Notes: generated by a model not told the origin, from the sequence alone. Positions 51,547-62,060 are shown, counted from the stretch's first letter. The stretch is DNA of 64,000 nt from Dehalococcoidia bacterium (GCA_965203855.1 CBDBDN010000008.1:287459-351458), one strand, 5' to 3'. Numbers and translations: made by a program.

Positions 51547-51909
51547 TTATGCTTCCGCCGGCGCGTGTTCGGCGTACAGCTGGTCGGTTTTGGCGGCCAT
51601 CACGAAGTCGTTGCGGTGCAGGTTGCGGATTTTGTGCGTCCACCAGGTAACGCCGACCCGGCCCCACTCAGTGGTTAGGCGGGGATGGTGCCCCTCCGAT
51701 TCGGCCAGCTCACCCAGCGCGCTGGTGAACTCCAGCGCCTGCACAAAGTTGCGGAACTGGAACTGCCGATCCAGCTTGGGGATGCCGGCTTCGTCCACCA
51801 GCGCCCAGTCATTCACGGCGGGATGCAGCGCGGCGATTTCGGCGTCGGTTACATGGGGCGAATCACGGCGGCAGGCGGTGCATTTTTCGCGGTACAGTTG
51901 CTCGGACAT
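51547..51909 (-). CDS. 4a-hydroxytetrahydrobiopterin dehydratase (PCD/DCoH)
   Basis: FRNFVQALEFTSALGELAESEGHHPRLTTEWGRVGVTWWTH. I prefer the start at MSEQLY. Confidence 0.8.
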   Translation of the reverse strand: MSEQLYREKCTACRRDSPHVTDAEIAALHPAVNDWALVDEAGIPKLDRQFQFRNFVQALEFTSALGELAESEGHHPRLTTEWGRVGVTWWTHKIRNLHRNDFVMAAKTDQLYAEHAPAEA

Positions 51910-52106
51910 TGCGGGGATACCTCCCGGGTTGCCTGGACGGCGGGTTGACGCCATTCTAGCATAGCGCCGCGCACCCGGCAGTTAGCAGCCGGCGGTTGAG
52001 CATTGCGCCCGCCTGCGGTATAGTTGCGGTGCGCCGCCCGGCGGCGTACCTGATACGGCGTATCCGATCTGGCGCGCCTGCCGATCTGGCGCACCCGGAG
52101 GACATA

Positions 52107-52922
52107 ATGATTTTCGGCGCAATCAGCAATTCCTGGCGCAATCAGCTGGACGCTAACGGGCTGGGCGACTTGATTGACGAGGCGCGCCGCCGGGGCTCCC
52201 GGCATATTGAGCTGCGCCAGACTTGCCTGGGCAATGCCGAATCGGGCGCGGGCGATGCTTGGCGCCCCAACCTGCCGGAGCTGTCCGACATCGTGGCCCG
52301 CTTTCCCGATTTGACCTTTGACCTGGCCGTTGCGCTGCCCTGCATCACCACCGATATTGACCCGGACGGCGATTTGTACCAGGCGCAGCTGGAGGCGGCC
52401 ATTCTGGTAGGCGGCGACCGGCCCCATTTGCGGACGGTTGACCCGGCGGCATCCGACGTGCCATGGGAAACGCCGGCTGATGTGGCCGAACCGGCCGCCC
52501 GCATTGCGCCGCTGGCCCGCGCCGCCGCCCGCCGGGGCGTCATATTCTCAATGGAAAACTCCGGGCAGCCGCTGCGTTCTATGGCGCTGCTGGTACAGGC
52601 CGCGCGCGCCCAGATGAATGACGATGATGCGCCCTATCTGGGCCTCTGCCCGGACCCGGCCAACCAGCTGCGCCGCCATCCCGACAGCCATCCCCTGGAC
52701 GAACTGGCGAACCTGCCGGCCGACTACATCAAAATCGTCCATTTCAAGCAGGCGCGCGACGGCATTGCTCTGGACAGCGTAGCCGACGGCGATTTGGACT
52801 GCCGCGCCATGCTGCGTATCCTGCAAGGCAAGGCTTACGATGGCCCGGCCATTATGGAAATCCCGTCATCCGACGCCGTTTTTGATAACCTGGCCGCCAG
52901 TTTCGCTTACCTCCAAGCATAG
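52107..52922 (+). CDS. Sugar phosphate isomerase/epimerase (xylose isomerase-like TIM barrel)
   Basis: GGAGGA SD, then MIFGAISNSWRNQL. HIELRQ, FSMENSG, IVHFKQ and IMEIPS match the usual metal-ligand strand pattern. Confidence 0.65.
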   Translation: MIFGAISNSWRNQLDANGLGDLIDEARRRGSRHIELRQTCLGNAESGAGDAWRPNLPELSDIVARFPDLTFDLAVALPCITTDIDPDGDLYQAQLEAAILVGGDRPHLRTVDPAASDVPWETPADVAEPAARIAPLARAAARRGVIFSMENSGQPLRSMALLVQAARAQMNDDDAPYLGLCPDPANQLRRHPDSHPLDELANLPADYIKIVHFKQARDGIALDSVADGDLDCRAMLRILQGKAYDGPAIMEIPSSDAVFDNLAASFAYLQA

Positions 52923-53000
52923 CCCACAGGAGATAGTCCACAAGGGATAGTCCACAGGGCGGCATCAATCGTTGCCCCGGCTCCGCTACAATACGATGCG

Positions 53001-54374
53001 ATGAACGACCACCGCGACTATACCGTATCCCTACACTACGACCGGCGGCTGTATCGGCAGGACATCGCCGGCTCCAAAGCCCACGCCGCAATGCTGGCGC
53101 AGCAGGGCATCATCTCGGCGGATGACGCCGAAAGCATCGCCGCCGGCCTGGACGCGGTGCAGGCGGAGATTGAACAGGGCGTCTTTCCGTGGGACGCCGC
53201 CTTGGAAGATCTGCATATGAACATTGAGCGCCGCCTTACCGAGCTGATTGGGCCGGCGGGCGCGCGGCTGCATACCGGCCGTTCCCGCAACGACCAGATT
53301 GCCTTGGATCTGCGGCTCTACACGCGGGAAGTCATTGCCGATACCATCGCCGGCCTGCGCCAAGTGCAGCGGGCATTGACCCAGCTGGCGGAACGCTACG
53401 CCGATGCGCTGATGCCCGGCTATACGCACTTGCAGCGCGCGCAGCCCGTCTTGTTCGCCCATCATCTGCTGGCCTATTTTGAGATGTTGCAGCGCGATGT
53501 CGGACGTTTCCAGGACTGCGCCGCCCGTATGGAGGTGCTGCCGCTGGGCAGCGGCGCCCTGGCCGGCGTACCGTATCCCACCGACCGCCGCGCCGTAGCG
53601 GATCTGCTGGGCTTTGCGGAAATCAGCGCCAACAGTATGGACGCCGTGGCCGACCGGGACTTTCTGGCCGAATACCACGCCGCCGCCGCCATCACGATGA
53701 TGCACTTTTCCCGCCTGTCCGAGGAAATCATCCTGTGGGCCAGCCGGGAGTTTGACTTCATTCGGCTGGCCGACGAGTTCACTACCGGCAGCAGCATTAT
53801 GCCGCAGAAGCGCAATCCCGATTTTGCCGAAATCGCCCGGGGCAAGACCGGGCGCGTGTACGGCCATCTGATGGGCATTTTGACGGTGCTGAAAGGGCTG
53901 CCGCTGACCTACAATCGGGATTTGCAAGAGGACAAAGAGGGGTTCTTTGACACCGTGGACACGTTGCGGGCTACGCTGGCGGTGTTCGCCGATCTGCTGG
54001 CCGGCATCACGCTGAACGCGGAACGCACCGCCGCGCTGGCCGGCGAAAGCTATATGCTGGCTACCGACCTGGCCGATTATCTGGTCGGCAAGGGCCTGCC
54101 GTTCCGGGAAGCGCACGGCATAATGCGCCGCCTGTGTCGGATTTGTGAGGAAACCGGCCAGTCGCTGGCGGAGCTGCCGCTGGCATCCTACCGGGAGTTT
54201 TCGCCGCACTTTGACGATGAGGTGTACGCCATCACCGCCGCCGCATCCGTGGCCGCGCGGGACAACCCCGGCGGCACCGCGCCTAACCGGGTAGCCGCAG
54301 CATTAGCCCGCGCCCGGCGTATCTTATCCGAAGCCGCGGCAAAGTCCGAAGCCGCGTCAAAGGACGGTTGCTGA
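53001..54374 (+). CDS. argH: Argininosuccinate lyase
   Basis: TGRSRNDQIALDLRLY, MPGYTHLQRAQP, and the signature GSSIMPQKRNPD. Confidence 0.95.
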   Translation: MNDHRDYTVSLHYDRRLYRQDIAGSKAHAAMLAQQGIISADDAESIAAGLDAVQAEIEQGVFPWDAALEDLHMNIERRLTELIGPAGARLHTGRSRNDQIALDLRLYTREVIADTIAGLRQVQRALTQLAERYADALMPGYTHLQRAQPVLFAHHLLAYFEMLQRDVGRFQDCAARMEVLPLGSGALAGVPYPTDRRAVADLLGFAEISANSMDAVADRDFLAEYHAAAAITMMHFSRLSEEIILWASREFDFIRLADEFTTGSSIMPQKRNPDFAEIARGKTGRVYGHLMGILTVLKGLPLTYNRDLQEDKEGFFDTVDTLRATLAVFADLLAGITLNAERTAALAGESYMLATDLADYLVGKGLPFREAHGIMRRLCRICEETGQSLAELPLASYREFSPHFDDEVYAITAAASVAARDNPGGTAPNRVAAALARARRILSEAAAKSEAASKDGC

Positions 54375-55099
54375 TGACGGGTATCGCTCCGGCGTCGGTA
54401 CAGATTGCGCCGTCGGTATTGGCGGCGGATTTCGGAATACTGGCCCGGCAGGTGCAGGAAGCCGAAGCCGCCGGCGCCGACCTGATCCATGTTGATGTGA
54501 TGGACGGCCGGTTCGTGCCTAATATCTCTTTTGGCGAAGTCGTGGTTGACGCCATCCGCAGCGCTACGGCATTGCCGCTGAACCTGCATCTGATGGTCCG
54601 CGAACCGGACCGGCTGCTGCCCGGCCTGGTCAAGGCGGCGTCCGACCAGGTGCTGGTGCACGCCGAAGCCTGTACGCATCTGCATCGCACGATCGGCCTG
54701 ATTAAAGAGATGGGCAGTCAGGCGGGCGTCGCCATTAATCCGGCGACGCCGATTGCGGCGGTAGAGGAAGCGCTGCCCGACCTGGACATTGTGATGGTAA
54801 TGACGGTGAACCCCGGTTTCGCCGGCCAGCCCTTTATCCCGTCAATGCTGGACAAATTGCGCCGCCTGCATCGGCTAATCGCTGAAAAGGGCTATCGGAC
54901 GCGGCTGGAAGTGGACGGCGGCATCAAGGCGGACGCCACGGCGCGCGATTCCGCCGCCGCCGGCGCCGACATACTGGTTGCGGGAACGGCAGTATTCAAC
55001 CGGGAGCGGACGGTTGCCGAAGCAATGGCGGCGCTGCGGGCCAGCATCGCCTTATCCGGTGCCAGCAGCGGTTCTGCCGCAGTTCCTATCGCAAATTGA
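54368..55099 (+). CDS. rpe: Ribulose-phosphate 3-epimerase
   Basis: IAPSVLAADF, IHVDVMDGRFVPNISFG, MTVNPGFAGQPF, EVDGGI. It overlaps the argH stop. Confidence 0.9.
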   Translation: MLMTGIAPASVQIAPSVLAADFGILARQVQEAEAAGADLIHVDVMDGRFVPNISFGEVVVDAIRSATALPLNLHLMVREPDRLLPGLVKAASDQVLVHAEACTHLHRTIGLIKEMGSQAGVAINPATPIAAVEEALPDLDIVMVMTVNPGFAGQPFIPSMLDKLRRLHRLIAEKGYRTRLEVDGGIKADATARDSAAAGADILVAGTAVFNRERTVAEAMAALRASIALSGASSGSAAVPIAN

Positions 55100-55103
55100 C
55101 CCG

Positions 55104-55125
55104 GCGCCGGCGCATTGGCCGGCGC
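55104..55125. terminator. Bidirectional hairpin between rpe and rpmB
   Basis: GCGCCGGC-GCATTG-GCCGGCGC, a perfect 8-bp GC stem. Confidence 0.4.
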
Positions 55126-55141
55126 GCTATGCTGCCGGCGC

Positions 55142-55357
55142 TTACCCGGCAGCGGCAATGGCGCGCGCTTTGCGGCCGCGCGGCGGCTTGTACATCGTCC
55201 GCAGGCAGCGGGAGCAAATCTTGACCCGCGTCGGCTTGCCGTCAATCGCCAAGGTCTGTTTATGGACATTGGCCTTCCAGCGGGTTTTGGTTTTCCGGTT
55301 GGAATGGCTGACATTGTTGCCGGTCATTCCGGCCTTTTTGCAAATCTGGCACTGCAT
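55142..55357 (-). CDS. rpmB: 50S ribosomal protein L28
   Basis: CQICKKAGMTGNNVSHSNRKTKTRWKANV, 71 aa. A minus-strand TGCTATAAT sits at 55390-55398. Confidence 0.9.
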   Translation of the reverse strand: MQCQICKKAGMTGNNVSHSNRKTKTRWKANVHKQTLAIDGKPTRVKICSRCLRTMYKPPRGRKARAIAAAG

Positions 55358-55522
55358 AATTCCGGTCTCGCACGGGTAGGTTGGACGGCATTATAGCATA
55401 CTGGACGGGATGGCGGTTGCGCCGGCGTTGGGGCTGCGGCATAATGCCGTCAAATCCGCCGCCGGGCGCGCCGCCGCCGCGTATTCGGAGCCCGCGCATC
55501 CCGGAGCCAAGAGGTTGATGCT

Positions 55523-56476
55523 ATGCCGCAAGCCGGAATACCGTCGGAACAGGAAGTGCTGGGCTGGTTTGACAGCCTGTCCAACTGGGGACGCTGGGGC
55601 GATGACGACGAGCTGGGCACCCCCAACCTGATTACCCCGCAGAAAACGCGCGCCGCCCTGAACACCGTAGAGGACGGCGTCTGCGTGTCGCTGTCGCGCA
55701 GCGTTACCTGGGAACCCGCCGCCGATGTACCCGCCCCGCCGGTGCATTATATGGTGGAAAGCGGCGAAGGCTGGGCTACCGGCGACAAAGTGTCGTCGCG
55801 GCCCTCCGCAGTAGCCACGGATTACATCGGGATGATTTTTCACGGCGTCTCCGTTACCCATGTGGACAGCCTGGCCCATTTTTTCTGGAACGGCAAAACT
55901 TACAACGGCAAGCCGGCGCATTTCGTCTCCACTAGCCTAGGCGCTACCGTCTGCTCCGTTGAGCAGGCGCACAAAGGCTTTATCACGCGCGGCGTCCTGG
56001 TAGATGTGCCCCTGGTGCGCGGCATCGACTGGGTGGAACGCGGCGAGGGCGTGATGCCCGACGACATTCGGGCCGCCGAGGCGCGCTGCGGCTTTCGGAT
56101 TGAGCCGGGCGATGCGCTGCTGGTGCGTACCGGGCAACTGCGCCGCCGCAATATAGAGGGGCCGATGCCGCGGGAAGCCGGCTCTACGGCTTGCCAGGCC
56201 GCTTGCCTGCCGCTGTTCAAAGAGCGCGACATTGCCGTCCTCGGCTCCGACACCGGCAACGACGTCAGCCCGCCCCAGTACGGCGGCCCGTTGACCAACC
56301 CCATACACCAGGTTTCCATCACGGCGATGGGGCTGTGGATTCTGGACAACGCCAACCTGGAGGATGTGGCCGCGGAATGCCGCCGGCGCAATCGCTGGAC
56401 TTTTATGGTCAGCATCAACCCGCTGCGCCTGCACAATACCACCGGGTCGCCAGTGAACCCGGTAGCCGTGTTTTAG
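55523..56476 (+). CDS. Cyclase family protein (kynurenine formamidase-like fold)
   Basis: 317 aa. HGVSVTHVDSLAHFFWNGKTYNG and GVLVDVP. Confidence 0.6.
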   Translation: MPQAGIPSEQEVLGWFDSLSNWGRWGDDDELGTPNLITPQKTRAALNTVEDGVCVSLSRSVTWEPAADVPAPPVHYMVESGEGWATGDKVSSRPSAVATDYIGMIFHGVSVTHVDSLAHFFWNGKTYNGKPAHFVSTSLGATVCSVEQAHKGFITRGVLVDVPLVRGIDWVERGEGVMPDDIRAAEARCGFRIEPGDALLVRTGQLRRRNIEGPMPREAGSTACQAACLPLFKERDIAVLGSDTGNDVSPPQYGGPLTNPIHQVSITAMGLWILDNANLEDVAAECRRRNRWTFMVSINPLRLHNTTGSPVNPVAVF

Positions 56477-56532
56477 TGGGTCTGAATTTTAGCGGGCCTA
56501 AAGACGGTGGGCCGAAAGATGACGGTGGCTTG

Positions 56533-58591
56533 ATGCTTGCGCTTCGGTTGCGGGGAGCCGCCGCCGGCATACGGGGCCGGTTCCCCTGGTACTGCGCCGC
56601 CGCCGTATGCCTGATTATCGTAGCGGCGGCGCTGCGGTTTTATGGATTGACTTACGACCTGGTCAACATTGATGAAGCGGTAGTCAGCGTCAACTCGCAG
56701 GGGTCTTTTACTGAAACTATCGCCAAAACGCGCACGAATAATTCTTCGCCGATACTGTATCCGGCGATGCTTTATGCGCTGCAAAAGATTGACAACTCGC
56801 CGTTTGCGATCCGCTTTATGCCGGCGCTGTCCGGCGTATTAACCGTTGCCGCAATTCTGCTGCTGCTGCCGCGAGCCGGCGTCCGCCGTGAAGCCGCGCT
56901 GCTGGCGGCGCTGTTGGCGACATTTGCCCCCGCCGCCATTATAGAAGCGCAGGGCGCAAGGGAATACGGCGTTGACGCGTTGTTGGCCGTCCTGCTGATT
57001 GCCGGGTTGCTGTGGTATCGTCGCAATGGACGCAAAGTTCTGCTGTGCGCCGCCCTGTTCATCGCGCCGCTGCTGCAATACGGGTTGGTTCTGTTCGGCG
57101 CCGCAGTAATCGGCGCCGGCCTGATTCTGCCCCCCCCCCCCCCCCCCCCCGACTTTGCCCTCCGGAAACCCGCCAGCCGCGCCGGAAACGGCTGGAAATG
57201 GCCGGAAATGGATTAAGGATTGGCTGCGCCGGCGCATCAGCATGGCCGGGCCGGCGGCGTTTTTCCTGGCCGGATGCGTAGCAAGTTATTTGATTACCGT
57301 GCGTCGCCAGCTGGAACTGGGCGGCTGGGGATGGGTGAATTACGGCTACGGGGGCGCCTATTATGCGGAGAATGAATATACCGTTGCGCTGCTGCTGGAG
57401 TTCGCATTTACGGCGCTGCGGAACCTGATTGACATACATTTGCCGCACATTGCGGCGTTGGCGATTCTGGGAGCGCTGGCATTGCTGCTGGCGCTGGCGG
57501 CGGCGCGGCGCTTGGGCTGGCGCGTTGACGAAACGGAAACGGAGCGCGGCGCAGCGGCATGGCGCGCGACGGCAATTCTGCTGGGTTTGGCGTTGGCGGC
57601 GGCCCTTCTAGCCGGAGCGCTCGCTTTGTATCCCGCCGATGTCCACCGGCTTACCTCATATATGTCCCCGATAATTCATATATTCGGGGGCTGCGTGCTG
57701 TACGCCGCCGCCTGTAGCGTGGCGGCGCCGCTGCGTTGGCGCCGGCCGGCGGCGCTCCGGACGCTAATTTGTGCTTTGTCTATATTGCTTGTAGTGGTTG
57801 GAGCCGCAGCGGTTAAGCCCAGCGTAATGTACAAGTATAGCGGGTATCAGGACAATTCGGTTACCGCCGCCAGTTTTAGAAAATTTCTAGCCGAATCTAC
57901 TGCTGCGGATGATGTCGTTTATACGCCGGGCAGCCTTGCGGCGATCAACGATTTCTATGACCGGCATCACCGGACGGGAAAGCCGGACAACCACATTTAC
58001 GGCAACGAACTATGCTGGGCTGAGGGTGATATTGGAAACTGTTTCCGGGAGCTGTCCAATGTGATAACGACGCGTGGTGATAATCCGGGCAATGTATGGC
58101 TGCTGCATTTCAGTCAAACGCTGTCCGAACCGCTGCTGCGTTGGAGCGAACCGGACGATATAGGCCATGTTGTGAACCGTCCCTTCGTGAATCTGTACCG
58201 CCTGGAATACGACGGGCTGATGACGAATATCCGACGGGAATGGCTGGCCGAATATCAGCCGCTGCTGGCGGGCGGGCCGGCAGCGCACGGGCCTTTTGAG
58301 GTCTATCTTAATGACGGCCAGCTTGCCTACGACCGGGCGCCGTGCCGGCCGGCGGATGCGAACCCGACCTTCTTGCTGCACATTTTCCCGGTTGATCCAA
58401 ATGCGCTGCCGGAGCAATGGCGATCCGATGGGTACGAAAACCGGGATTTCAACTTTTTGGAGCAGGGCGGCGCGCTGCTGGAAAATCGCTGCCTGGTATC
58501 GGTCGCCTTGCCAGATTACGACATCGCCAGCATCCACACCGGGCAATACAGCAACGCCGGCCGGATTTGGGCAGTGGAGTTTGCGCCATAG
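56533..58591 (+). CDS. GT-C fold membrane glycosyltransferase (GT39/ArnT-like), split into two ORFs by a poly-C tract
   Basis: RFYGLTYDLVNIDEAVVSVNS has the first-loop DE motif, and multiple TM helices follow. ORF 56191..57216 (likely start 56533) and ORF 57155..58591 differ by one frame across the C21 tract. With C20 or C23 they fuse into about 686 aa. Confidence 0.6.
57130..57150 (+). repeat. Homopolymeric C21 tract inside the coding sequence
   Basis: 21 consecutive C residues, read as PPPPPPP in the upstream frame. Confidence 0.99.
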
Positions 58592-58595
58592 GGGT

Positions 58596-58622
58596 GGATT
58601 CCGGCTTTCGCCGGAATGACGG
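58596..58622. repeat. Solo repeat hairpin just after the glycosyltransferase stop
   Basis: GGATTCCGGC-TTTC-GCCGGAATGACGG. Confidence 0.9.
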
Positions 58623-58802
58623 AAAATAAACTACCCAATTGGAAACATTGCCGGGATGCCGCCGGCCGGTTGCCCATTGCGGCGTCTTGCCCTAAACTTA
58701 CGCTGGACGGATTGGCGACGGGATGGAGTCGATTCCATCTCGCCGCAAGTCGGCATCACGCCGCAGCGCGAACACAAACTTATCGCAACAGGAGGCTTGC
58801 CG

Positions 58803-60129
58803 ATGCCCCTGCCAACGCCATTGCAAGGTATCCGCGTCGTTGATTTCACCTGGGTGCGAGCCGGCCCCTGGGCCGCCCGCTGGATGGGCACCCTGGGCGC
58901 CGATGTCATCAAAGTGGAATGGCCGCTGAACCTGGACACCCTCCGCCAGAACCGCTTTACGGTGCCGCCCGGCGTCGAGCCCGGCCCCAATTCTACCGGC
59001 CAGTTCGCCGACACCAACGCCAACAAGCGCGGCATCAGCGTCAACACCCGCACCGCCGCCGGCCTGGAGCTGGTCAAACGGCTGATTTCGGTGTCCGACA
59101 TCGTCATTGAGAACTTCAGCAGCCGCATTATGCGCCGCTGGGGGCTGGGCTATGACGAGCTGCGGAAAATCCGCCCCGACATTATCTATGTCTCTATGGC
59201 CGGTTTCGGGCAGACGGGACGGCATCACTGGTACGGCACGATGGGGCCGGCGGCGCAGGCGTTGAGCGGCCTTACCCATCTGTCCGGGCTGCCCGGCAAG
59301 CCGCCGGCCGGCTGGGGTTGGTCTTACCTGGACGATACCGGCGGAATGTACGGCGCAATGTGCGCGCTGACCGCCCTGCGCCACCGCTCGGCCACCGGCC
59401 AGGGGCAGCACGTCGACCTGTCGCAGATGATTACCGGCATCACGCTTACCGGCCCGGCGCTGCTGGACAAAACCGTCAACGGGCGGGCGGCGCGCCGGGA
59501 AGGTTTCCCGCCGGGCAACCCGCACCGTGTGGCCCGGCGCTGAGGTAGTCAACAACTATCGCGGCCCCATCGCCGCGCCGCACAACGCTTATCGCACCGC
59601 GCCCGGCGGCTACAACGACTGGATTGTCATTGCCTGCCTCTCCGACGACGAATGGCTGAACCTGCGCGGCCTGATGGGCCGTCCCGCCTGGGCCGACGCG
59701 CGGTTTGACACTATCGCCGGGCGGCTGGAGCATCAGGACGAAATGGACGCCGGCATCGAGGAATGGACGCTAACTCTGGACAAGTACGAACTTACCAAAC
59801 GGTGCCAGATGTGCGAAATCCGGGCGATGGCGGTGCAAAGCAGCCAGGATCGGGTAGATAACGACCCCCAACTGCGCCATCGCGAAATGTATGTTCCGAT
59901 GGAGCATCCCATGCTGGGCCCCTGGAAGTTCCAGAACGCCCCGTTCCAGATGTCCAAATCGCCGGCCCGTATGTCCGGCCCGCCGCCAATGATTGGGCAG
60001 CACAACCGGGAAGTGCTGGAGGATTTGCTGGGCGTAACCCACGACGATCTGTTGGACGGCTACGAAAACGGCGTTTTCTGGCCCAACACAATGGACAAGT
60101 TCCCCTATATTGAGGAGGCGCTGGTATGA
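58803..60129 (+). pseudogene. Family III CoA-transferase (CaiB/BaiF), disrupted as sequenced by a +1 frameshift near 59519-59521
   Basis: AGGAGG SD, then MPLPTPLQGIRVVDFTWVRAGPWAARWMGTLGADVIKVE. The frame changes between ...REGFPPGN (ORF 58656..59543) and TVWPGAEVVNNYRGPIAAPHNAY (ORF 59527..60129). Deleting one C of AACCCG restores the family GNR motif (PPGNRTVWPG). Confidence 0.8.
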
Positions 60130-61472
60130 CAACTGCCGCCAACAATGGCATTAACAGCGCCGGCGCCGCCGGCCAACTGCCGGAGGACGGAGTTGACCGC
60201 GGCGGCGCGCGTCCCGCCGATTACAGCCGCCCCGGGCCGCTCAACGGGCTGCGCGTCCTGGAAATCTGCGACGAAAAAGGCCAGTTCTGCGGCAAGCTGC
60301 TGGCCGACCTGGGTGCCGACCTCATCAAAATTGAACCGCCCGGCGGCGAACCCTGCCGCAGTTTCGGCCCCTTCCTGGACGACATCCCCCACCGGGAGCG
60401 CAGCCTCTCGTTCTGGCACTACAACACCTCCAAGCGGGGCATTACGCTGAACCTGGAAACGACGCAAGGGCAGGACATAATGCGCCGCCTGGCGGCCACT
60501 GCGGACATCGTGCTGGAAAGCCGGCCGCCCGGCTATCTGGAGTCGCTGAGGCTGGACTACGCGCCGCTCTCCGCCGACCACCCCGGCCTGATTATGTGCT
60601 CGTTGACGCCATACGGACAGACCGGCCCCTGGCGCGACTACATCAGCAGCGACATTACGCAGCTGGCCGGCGGCGGGCAGATGGCGTCGTCGGGCTACGA
60701 CGAAATTGATGTCCCCAATGCGCCGCCCATTGCGCCCGGCGGCGGCAACGCCTGGCACATCGGCGCCCATTACGCCTACATCGGAATGATGGCCGCGCTG
60801 CACTACCGCTTTCTGTCCGGCGCGGGCCAGTACATTGACGCATCCATCCATGAGGCGTGCGCCTTGACTACCGAAGGCGCCATCGCTATTTATCTGTCCA
60901 CCGGGGAAGTAGTGCAGCGGCACACCGGACGCCACGCCGCCCCCGATATGTCGCCGGCCATCCAGTTCCCCACCGGAGACGGCGGCTGGCTGAACACCAC
61001 CCGTTCCGGCACCAACCTGACGCCGCAGCGTCTCAAGATGCTGGCCGAATGGTTTGAACAGTCGGGAATGGCCGACGACCTTGCCGATGCGCGCTACCAG
61101 AATCCGGAAGTCATCGCCGCCGAAAACGACCACATCGTCCAGGTGATGAAAGACTTCTTTATGAGTTCCACGCTGGATGACGCCTTTCACGGCGGCCAGC
61201 AGCGTGATTTCCCATGGGGCGCCATTCGCAGTATGGACGAAATCGTCGGGGATGCCCACCTGCAAGACCGGGGATTCTTTACGGAAGTAGCCCATCCCGA
61301 ACTGGGGCGGACTTTCACCTACCCCGGCGGCGCCGCCATCTACAACGGGTCGCCCTGGCGCATCAGCCGCCGCGCCCCCCTGATTGGCGAACACAACACG
61401 GAGATACTGCAAGGCGAGCTGGGCCTGACCAACGGCGCAATGCTCCTGCTGGCCGAGGGCGGGGTGATTTAG
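60126..61472 (+). CDS. Family III CoA-transferase (CaiB/BaiF), paralog
   Basis: LNGLRVLEICDEKGQFCGKLLADLGADLIKIEPPGG, 448 aa. It overlaps the upstream stop (ATGA). Confidence 0.8.
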   Translation: MTTAANNGINSAGAAGQLPEDGVDRGGARPADYSRPGPLNGLRVLEICDEKGQFCGKLLADLGADLIKIEPPGGEPCRSFGPFLDDIPHRERSLSFWHYNTSKRGITLNLETTQGQDIMRRLAATADIVLESRPPGYLESLRLDYAPLSADHPGLIMCSLTPYGQTGPWRDYISSDITQLAGGGQMASSGYDEIDVPNAPPIAPGGGNAWHIGAHYAYIGMMAALHYRFLSGAGQYIDASIHEACALTTEGAIAIYLSTGEVVQRHTGRHAAPDMSPAIQFPTGDGGWLNTTRSGTNLTPQRLKMLAEWFEQSGMADDLADARYQNPEVIAAENDHIVQVMKDFFMSSTLDDAFHGGQQRDFPWGAIRSMDEIVGDAHLQDRGFFTEVAHPELGRTFTYPGGAAIYNGSPWRISRRAPLIGEHNTEILQGELGLTNGAMLLLAEGGVI

Positions 61473-62060
61473 ATGGCCGACGCGCGATACACGCCGCTTT
61501 ACTCAATACCGGAGTGCGCCCGGTATCTGGGTTTGCCCGCGTCCACGCTGCGGCGCTGGGTCACGGCCGGCCCGTCCAGCTCCGACTGCGTCGCCAACGC
61601 CCCGGAGCCGCTGATCTGCCCAGCCGGCAAGCCGCCGGCGGCGTTATCTTTCATCAATCTGGCCGAGTTGCACATCTTGTCGAGCTTGCGCCGGAACCGC
61701 AAACTTCCGTTGCGGGAAGTGCTAACGGAGATAGACCATATCGACCCACAACGGAAATACCGTAACCCGCTAGCGTGGTCCCAATTCGGGTATGTAAGCC
61801 CCGAAGCGCGATTGGAGTATGATAAGGACGGCTTTGCACAGCGGTTTTACCCGCCCATTCGCGGCCTGCCCGACTCCAGAATCGTCGTGATTGACCCTGC
61901 TGTTGCCTTCGGGCGTCCCGTTATCGCCGGTTCCGGTGTGCGGACTGCCGTAATCGCCAGCCGCATTAATGCCGGAGAGTCACTATACGATGTGGCAGAC
62001 GACTACCTGCTGCAACCGCACCAGGTACAAGATGCCTTACACTACGAACTGGCCGCTTGA
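61473..62060 (+). CDS. DUF433 antitoxin-like protein with an N-terminal HTH (VapB45-like)
   Basis: YSIPECARYLGLPASTLRRWV forms the HTH. The C-terminal DUF433 region is IDPAVAFGRPVIAGSGVRTAVIASRINAGESLYDVADDYLLQPHQVQDALHYE. Confidence 0.7.
   Translation: MADARYTPLYSIPECARYLGLPASTLRRWVTAGPSSSDCVANAPEPLICPAGKPPAALSFINLAELHILSSLRRNRKLPLREVLTEIDHIDPQRKYRNPLAWSQFGYVSPEARLEYDKDGFAQRFYPPIRGLPDSRIVVIDPAVAFGRPVIAGSGVRTAVIASRINAGESLYDVADDYLLQPHQVQDALHYELAA

Noticed and set aside
56191-56532. Upstream part of ORF 56191..57216 as the N-terminus of the glycosyltransferase.
   Set aside because: It overlaps the 3' end of the cyclase gene in another frame and is Arg/Pro/Gln-rich. The TM-rich glycosyltransferase sequence begins near the ATG at 56533; a GTG at 56476 cannot be excluded.
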